Below are positions 41,101 to 50,100 of a stretch of 64,000 nt of DNA, one piece after another. The notes under the pieces are model-generated. The model saw only the letters and a program-made list of their open reading frames with translations, did no database searches and was not told where the DNA came from. The stretch is from the IMG/VR virus record IMGVR_UViG_3300006754_000014, positions 4,685 to 68,684 of that record; one strand, 5' to 3'. Source of the stretch: a virus. The number at the start of each line of letters is the position of its first letter. The first letter of the stretch is position 1. The position numbers were made by a program, and so were the translations under genes.

Positions 41101-44100
41101 TAAGTATGTAAACTTATTCCAGAATCCATTGCACAATGGAATGTTAAAGCATTATCTGGTATTCTAACAGATTCGCCTGCCTTAACTAATCCATTACTTG
41201 CATGAGAAATAAAGGAGTGAATACCTGTGTTTGTAGATGGTATTGTATCTAATACTTGAACTTCAAATGTATTTGTAGTAACACCTGCAATTGCCATCCA
41301 AGTATTACTCTTAGGATCAGTTGATCTTGGATAAGTCTTACTAGCAGAAAAACTATCCTGAGCACACTTAAAGGTTAATGAATCATTAACAAATTTAACC
41401 CTATCTCCATTTTCAAATCCATGACCAACAACAGTACATGTCATTATACCTGTTGTTGGAGTATAATGAGCAGTAGAAATTGTATGCGCTGTGGTTCCAC
41501 GAAGTGTATGAACTCCAACCGTTAATACCAAATTTCCTGTTGAAGGCGCATATGTGGCGTTAGAAACATCATATTTGGTAAGAGGTGTTTTACCAACATT
41601 AACAGTAATTGTATTTGCACTTACTGCAGTAATTGATGTTGTTACACCAAGAATTGGATCAGTTGCTCTTGGATAAGCATGATTCGTTAAATCTTGATCC
41701 ATTAAGCAACTAAATGTTATCGCACCACTTGAGAATCCAACAGTATTACTTGTAGTATAACTGTGGTCACTAATAGTTAAGATTAAATCACCGCTTTCTG
41801 CGTTGTATGTTGCATTTGTAGGTGTTGTTGTACCAACTCCTGTTACAGTTACTCCACCATCTGTTGCACTTACAAAGGTATGCAGGTAGTTACCACCAGT
41901 AACTACGGAACCCTTAATTGCGGTTTCAAAGGTATGGACGTAATTACCACCGGAAATTATTGCATTAGAACTTGCACTTTCAAAATAATGTATTGATTGA
42001 TCATTTGGAGAAGAAACACCAGCATCAATTACAATCTCTCCATTCTGATAAGTAAGTCCACCAGCAACTGCTGCCTTAAACGTATGAGCAGTTACATTAG
42101 TAGAAGGTGTCCCCAATCCACTTGTACCAACCTTAGCTAAACAATCTATAGTAAATGTATTTGCAGTTGTGTTTGCAATTGATACCCATTTACCAGAAAT
42201 CGGATCTGTAGGTCTTGGATAACTATGCGATTCAGAATCACCATCCTTAGTACATGTAAAGAATAGAGAATTATCTGTTAATCTTATCTTATCTCCATTG
42301 GAGAATCCATGACTAGAAACAGTTAATGTAGTAATACCTGTATATGGATTGTATAATGCGTTAGAAATAGTGTGGGATGTTCCAGCACGTACAATACTAA
42401 CTGCAGTATCATATGTGGGATCCTCACCCCTAGGATAATAATGTTTTGCTGCACCGGAATCTAGACTGCAAGTAAATCCTAATCCACTGAAGATTACATC
42501 TTTATTTGCACTGAAATTATGAACATCGGATGTCGTAACCGTCATAATACCAGATGCATTATCATACGCTATTGTTGATATGCTAACTGGAGCAGAATAT
42601 TGACATGTTAATGCAATACCAGATAATAAAACATGTTCACCAACTGATAATCCATGAGCTTTATTAGTTGTTATAGTAGTAATACCAGATGCTGATGTAT
42701 AACCAACATTTCTAACACCTCTAGGTGCATAGAATCTGAATGGATTTGTAACAGCTACTCCAGTAATATATCCATCAGTAATAGAAGCAGTACCTATAGC
42801 AACTCTAAAATTATCATCTGGATTAACAACATGAACTTCTGGAATATATGGAATGTAGAATGATCCAGTTGTATTGATTCCTGGAATCTGAGATCTATAT
42901 CCAGATCCAGTATATCCAAGACCAATTGATGTAACAGTACCTGCAGCAGATACTATTGCAGTACCACCTGCAGCAACTAAAGGTTGATATCCATATCCCT
43001 GACTTGATCCAACTGAAACTATAACGCCACCAACAGGAATTGTTGCATTGTTTACATCAAATCCGGTTGCAATATCTCCTCTGAAGATAATTTTCGATGT
43101 TCCACTACTTTCACTAATTGTGTATGTCTTAGTAGCACCTGGGGCTTGGAAGATTTCATTTACAAGAACTACAGCACCATTAGTAGAGAATCCTGTTGTA
43201 TTCGCGTCCTCTTGAGTTAATGTAAAGGTCTTACCAATTCCATTAAATCCGGTATTAACGTTATCAAAGACATAGTTTTCATAGTATGCTGGATTAACAC
43301 CTGACGCTGCTCCAGATCTTAGGAATATTCTTCCTTGGAATGTATAACTTGTACTAATTCCATCATATCCACTACCAGCTGGAGGTGAAAGTCCAATAGG
43401 AGCACTAACGAAGTTAAGAGTATCGTCAATAATATTATAATCACCATCCCATCTCTCAATTATAGAACCTGATGCATGTGTTGTTAATCCACTTCCCATC
43501 CATGGTCGATTAACAATGAGTGAATTGGTACTACCAACACCAACACTATCAATCTTCATATATTCTGTGCCAATCTTAACAACGTCCCCACCAGCAAACT
43601 GACCAGGATCATCTACATACAAGATCGATTTAGCATTATCAAGATAATAAGATGTTAATGTTGTTACACCTGTTCCTACAATAGGCGCCTGAATATTATT
43701 ATCAATCGCAATTAAAGCCTTCGAATTTTGTTGTGAAGAGGTCAATGAGTGAGAAGTACCAATACCAACAGCAGTAATATCCAAAACAGTTGGAACCGTA
43801 GCCAAAGCATTAGTTGCACTATGAGCTAATTTAATCTTACTCTCATTAATTTTAACAGCATAAACTGTTTCTGGAAGTAAACTAGTTGTTCCGACACCCG
43901 CAATAGTTGTTGTATCAATACCAATATTCATGGTATTACCAATGCCAAGGTTGCCGTAGGTTAATTTTTCACCAGTAACAAAGAAATGATTTGGAATTTC
44001 AAGAATATTATTGGTTACATCAACAATAGTACTATCATTTCCACCAAAATCCTTCTTAAATACAGGATCTCCGCCATGTTTAATATCAAAGTTTCTCTTA

Positions 44101-47100
44101 ATAAAGGTCTTAGTACCTAGATATGCACCATCATAAGATCTAATCTGAGCATTATTGAAATTAATAACATCAGTTGTTGCCCCACCAACTGGGTGAGTCA
44201 TTGCATATTGAATAGAAGTAACAGTACATGCAACACCAGAAGAAGGAGTAAAGTTTAATACAACATCTGTTCCAGAGAAGGCAGCACCAACTGTTCCAAT
44301 ACCAAGATTACTATTAGTATCAATAGTTGGATATTGAGAACAGAATGTCTCAACAGGAGTACTACCAGACCGTATATGAACAACAGCTGCCTCTAACAAC
44401 TGTGTATGTCCGCCTAGGAATGAAGTTGTTGTATCTTGAACACCAACAATATAATAGGCAGCATTATATGTTCCTGTACTATACCTTGCAATTTCAACTG
44501 GAACAGGAGAAGTAGTCGATCCAATACCAGTACATGTGGTATCAATCCTACAAGTAGAAACACTAGTATTTCCAGTTCCAACATAACTTTCATGGAATGC
44601 AGTAACAAATGTATTAACAGTTGTTCCTAAATCTGCAGCAGCTGTAAATACTATGTTTACATCCGAACCACTATATACCGCACCAAATGTACCAATTCCA
44701 GAAGCGTCATAAGGAATTGATTGATTAGTTACAATACTTGCCATTTCATTGGTATAAATTTCACTTCCGTCATGAACATAATTAATCTCAGTAAAGAGAT
44801 ATTCGCCATCAGATGACTTGGCCATTGCAAGAACTTTACCTGCATAATAAGTTGAACCTATACCAACACACTTAGTTGCAGATGGACTTGAGGCTGCTGT
44901 AATTGTAGTACTTCCAGTAGACGTTTGAACTGAAGTACCAAGATCCAAATTAGATCCAGTTGTTGTAGTATCAGATAAAGATATTGAGAATTGATCAAGA
45001 GAATAGTTATTATATTCTGCTCTCTTTGGATAGAAATGTAATTCACCAGTAGTTCCATATATGGAGAAATCATAATGGTCTGCAAGTTCATAAGCTGTAT
45101 AAACAGAACCATATTGATTCAAATATGCACTTAAATTATCATGTAAGGAATTTACAATAGTTAATTCTTTCTCACCTTCAAATCTAGTATCTCTAGCAAA
45201 CACAAAGAACTTATTCGCTCTGAACGCATTAAGTGTGTGATCATCAATAACATCCCAATTTATTGCACTTGGTAAATGATTAAATTGAGGAGCAACATCA
45301 TCAATAGTAAGTACCCTATTTCCTCTAGATTCAAAATAATCAGTGAATATAGTATTCTTCAGCCGGATCTCTGATGATAGTGGTGGAACAAGATCAATAA
45401 AATTCTCATAACCGAGATCATAGTCACTATAACAGTTCACATCAATTGTAGTTTCTACAATTGCAGCAATATCCGCACTACTTGTACGTCCATAACCAAG
45501 AATAGGTGTTTCATTTGTAGAAATAATATCAAGATTAGAAAACTTCTTATAACCAGCAGTATGGTTTAATGCAGACACTGGATTATCCCAAGTATCTAAA
45601 TCAATTTGTGATTTTAAAGCATATGAGAAATATTGATAATAATCACTGTCATGGACTCTGTTTAAATCATCATTAAGAACTCCAACTGAATTATCCCAAC
45701 CTACTATTCTCTGAGATAGAGGTGCTATATCAAATCTAGATTCTGTAAGTATAGAAGTATCAACTTTAGCAAAAGTCTTCGATCCTTTACCTTTAATAGT
45801 ATCACCAGATTTATAAACAAAAGGAGATTCTATTCTTAATGTAGATGTTCTTTCATCCCAACCAACAACTATTCCTTTTTGTTTCTGTGTTTCTGAAGTA
45901 ACCTTATTAATATTTTCTCCAATATCAAATGATTTCTTCATTAAATTAGGAGAGAATTTTGCTATGTAACGTTCTGGAACAATCTTACCAAACGACTTAG
46001 CTGGTACATACGTACCTGGATCTGTAGTAAGTTTATAAGATACTGATCCAATTCCACCAATATTAGCATCAATTTCACTCAGTTCAAAGGAAACGTATCC
46101 AAAATCTTCTGAGTTAAATCCTTTATCTCCGGTATTAACACCAACATTCTCAATCCAAATCTTATCACCTACATCAAATGGGAACGTTCCAGCAGTACTG
46201 AATCCAACATCTAATTGTACAGTAACTAAACTACGAGTCGAGTTCCAAGAAATTGTAGTAATTCCCAGTGCATTAGAATTATTAATTGGTATAACTCTAG
46301 GAGCAACCTCATAAAGTTGATCGGGATTTTTAATAACTTCAACTTCCCCTACAGCACTACCTGTTAAAGTTGCCTCAATATCAACATCATTAACAACTAA
46401 ATCGGTATCTGAAGTAATAACAACTATATCAGGAGCAATATTATAATATTTTCCTCCAGTTAATATTCCAATGGAATCAAATATAGAAAGTCTACTTAAT
46501 TCAAGAATTTGAGGTAATCTAGCAGAAGGTCTTAATGTCGTGTCTATTGGGAAATCAAAACCAACATTTGCAACATCTACTTTTACAGTTTGTCCAATTG
46601 TTGAACTATACAGATTGAGATTAAATTCAGATCCTATACCTGTTGTAATTGTGGTTATTCCTGGCAATGAAATATAATTTCTTCCACTATTTCTAACTCT
46701 TACAGAAGAAATTGAACCTTCTGCTGTTTCTGAAGTTGTTGTATATTCAAATTCAGATTCTGCGCTTGTATAACTGGGTTGTTCTGGAATATCACGAAGA
46801 GATAATTTGAAGAAAGTAGATCCAATGCCAGTAACATTTCTTGGACCATTAAACTTACTTGGTCCAAAGAATAATGTATTATAATCAATAACTTCATCAT
46901 CACTGATTATTTGTAATTTAACATCAGTCAAATCTCCCTTATTTACAGGAGTCAGAGAATAATAAAGAATCTTAGGAACTCCACCACGAGTATCAAGAGT
47001 CACACTAGCATTACCATCAATACCAGGAACTCCAACACTAGTTACATTAAAGACTTCCGACTTTTTATTTGTATAGAATTTATCATAGAACCATTCATCT

Positions 47101-50100
47101 TCGAATTTAGGTTCTTCAAAGAAACTAAAGTCAAATGCTTGAATGGTTTGTCCAGCAGATACAATAGAAAGTGAAGGATCCGAAACATCAAACTTAACTC
47201 TACTTCCATTAACAAAAGTTAAAGGAGGATTAATTAAACTAACATGCTGATCACTAGAGGAAGTATTAGAACCAGTAGAAGTTACATCTACAATTATTGG
47301 AGGTTCCAATAAAGCATTTTTCTTACTAGATGCTAACTTAAAGTTATTAATATCAGATTTAATAACATAATAAAGAGTATTATCAACTAAACCACCTGGA
47401 ATTCCAGAAACTTTTGCAACAGAAGTAGCTGCAAACAGTACCTTATCACCAGTTATAAATCCATGACTAGGAATATTAAAGGAGTTTGTTGTTGTAGTAA
47501 CACCACTAGAAGCAATACCTTTAGGATTAATTAAAACCCTTCTATGATAATCATTATACTTAATTGTTACTGTTGTAGTAATACCAGGAGTAACATTAAG
47601 ATTTACTCTATCTCCGATTCTAAGTTGTGGATTTGTTTCTGTACTAACAACTACATCAATTTTCTTTGCGTTTCCAGTAACAACATCATATTGTGTCTTA
47701 AGACTATGTTCTATTCCAGCACCAACTGTATGGAAATATAATCTATATGCAGCAGAAGATCCAACACCAATATATCCAGTAGATCCAACACCAACCTTAG
47801 ATGTTGATAATCCTATTATGTTGTTATCATTAACAATTGCATAAACCGGAGTTGAATCAGTTAAAAGATAATTGGCTATACCATTTGTAGATACTCCTAA
47901 TGAAGTCCCTCCACCATTTGAATATATTAATTTTTGACCTGTTTTAAATCCATGACCCTTTAGATACATGGATTGGGTTGGAATAAACTTGTTTACGTTT
48001 GTTGTACCAATTCCAGCAACACTAACAGTGGATCCAATACCAACTCCCGCTGTCGTACCCAATCCTACAGTATTAAACGGGGCAAAATATAATTTTCTAT
48101 TATAAGTATATGATTTATCAGTAAAGATCCCAACAGAGAAACTGAACTTTCTAGATTTTTCAACAACCAAATCACCAGCAGTAGCAGCTATTCCTGTTGT
48201 AGAATTAAATTCCCTAAGAACCCGTACTTTCTTATTATCTTTATCTACATTTAAAACCCTAAGACACTCAAAATAATTTGCATTACTATCATGACCTATT
48301 TGCAATATATCATCTTCTCTAATAGCTTCTTTTTCTAAAGGACCATCCAAATACAAATAAGTGGATATTCCAGTAACACCAGTTGTTCCAATTCCAGCTT
48401 GAAGTTTCCATTCGTTAGTTACAACTCTAATAGGTTGTTGTCTTTCATCAACACCCCCAAAGAAATCAGTAGAAAGTCCTGATAGAGTGATGAGATCATA
48501 ATTTACATAATTATGTGGTGTTGAAGTATATACATTAACAAAACCAAACTTAGAAGAAAGTTCAATATCAACATCAGAGAAACTTCTCTCCGAAGATGAG
48601 ATGGATACTATCTTTTTACCAAGTATTTCAGAAACAACAACAGCAGCACCAGTACCGCCAGTACCTTCATTATCGAACTCTAGACTATCCCAAATTTTAT
48701 ACCCTGTACCACCAGTCAGAATACCTACAGAGTCTATAGAACCCCTGCCAGACGCCTTTAAGATACCTTTCTTCCTCTTAAGAACATCTGCAATTGGATT
48801 AATTAGTCCCTCATACAGATTTTCATCGGAATTGATCTTACTAAACTTAGTATTTCTAATTAACTTATTATCCGATACAGAGAATTTGTCTGTATTAGAA
48901 TCATTCCTAAAGTTAAAGGTTTCTGGTTTTGATCTATAAGTATCTCCAATAACATATGGGAATTGTGGTTCTCTATATCCAGCAAAAGGACCATCAGAGT
49001 TGACCTTCAAATTATTGATGGTCATAAAGTAAGCATATGTTCCATTCGGGAATTCTGGAGTTCTACAGAATCTACCATTATGTTCATCTAAATTACCATC
49101 AGCAGTGTAAGTATAATCTTCTACAAAGAATCCAGATGGCCAATCATTAACTGATGGTCTACCAGCCTTAAGATCTACACTATATCCAGACGTCATTGGA
49201 ATGATGTCGCCAGATTCCCTGTTAGTGGTGCCGTAAGGACCATATATGGGGTTTCCGTCATATGCCCACCCCAGAATTGGAGAATGGTACTGTGATAGTT
49301 GTTCCTCCCCACTGGCATAGACTAAATCAGTATTACCATAATATGGTTTCCCTTGAGGACTTAATTGATATACATTTCTTCTTAAAGATCTTGGTGCAGA
49401 GAAACAAGTGAATTGAATATGATCACCAGTAGGTATTGCAATACCATCATCATCTTTAATCGTTCCTTTGAACTTCTCAAATGAATTAACTTCCCATGTT
49501 TTAATAGAAGCTCTAAACGTAGCATTCTGTCCAGAATTAACAGCATCAATAGTTGTAGTTGCTGTTGAATATCCAACACCACCACTAATAACCGTAACAC
49601 TTGTTATTGAACCATTAGTGATAACAGGAACTAATTCTGCATAGGATCCTGTTTGCGATGATATTGATAAATCTGGAATTGAAGTATAACCAGCACCACC
49701 AAATTGAACTACAACTTCTTTTATTACTCCTTGATCAATAATTGGTTTAAACTGTGAGTTTTCTCCATTCCTAACCAATATTAACGGTTGCCTATCATAA
49801 TTAACAATAGATGATACACCATATCCAACACCACCACTAGTAACATGAACACTCTTTATAGGACCTCTTACAATAGGTTGTATTGTAGCACCAAAAATGG
49901 ATGATGCATTAGTTGTTGCAATTCCAATATTTCCTTCAACATTTACTGTAATTGGTGGATACTTAAATGTATGCGTACCTGCACCGATATCAGCAAATCT
50001 TACATAATCTTTACTGAGGTAATTAGAGTTTGATAATGTTGTTCCTATTCCTGCAGCTGCAAGTCTAAAGTCATCAACACCAGTTTTAATAACATAATAA

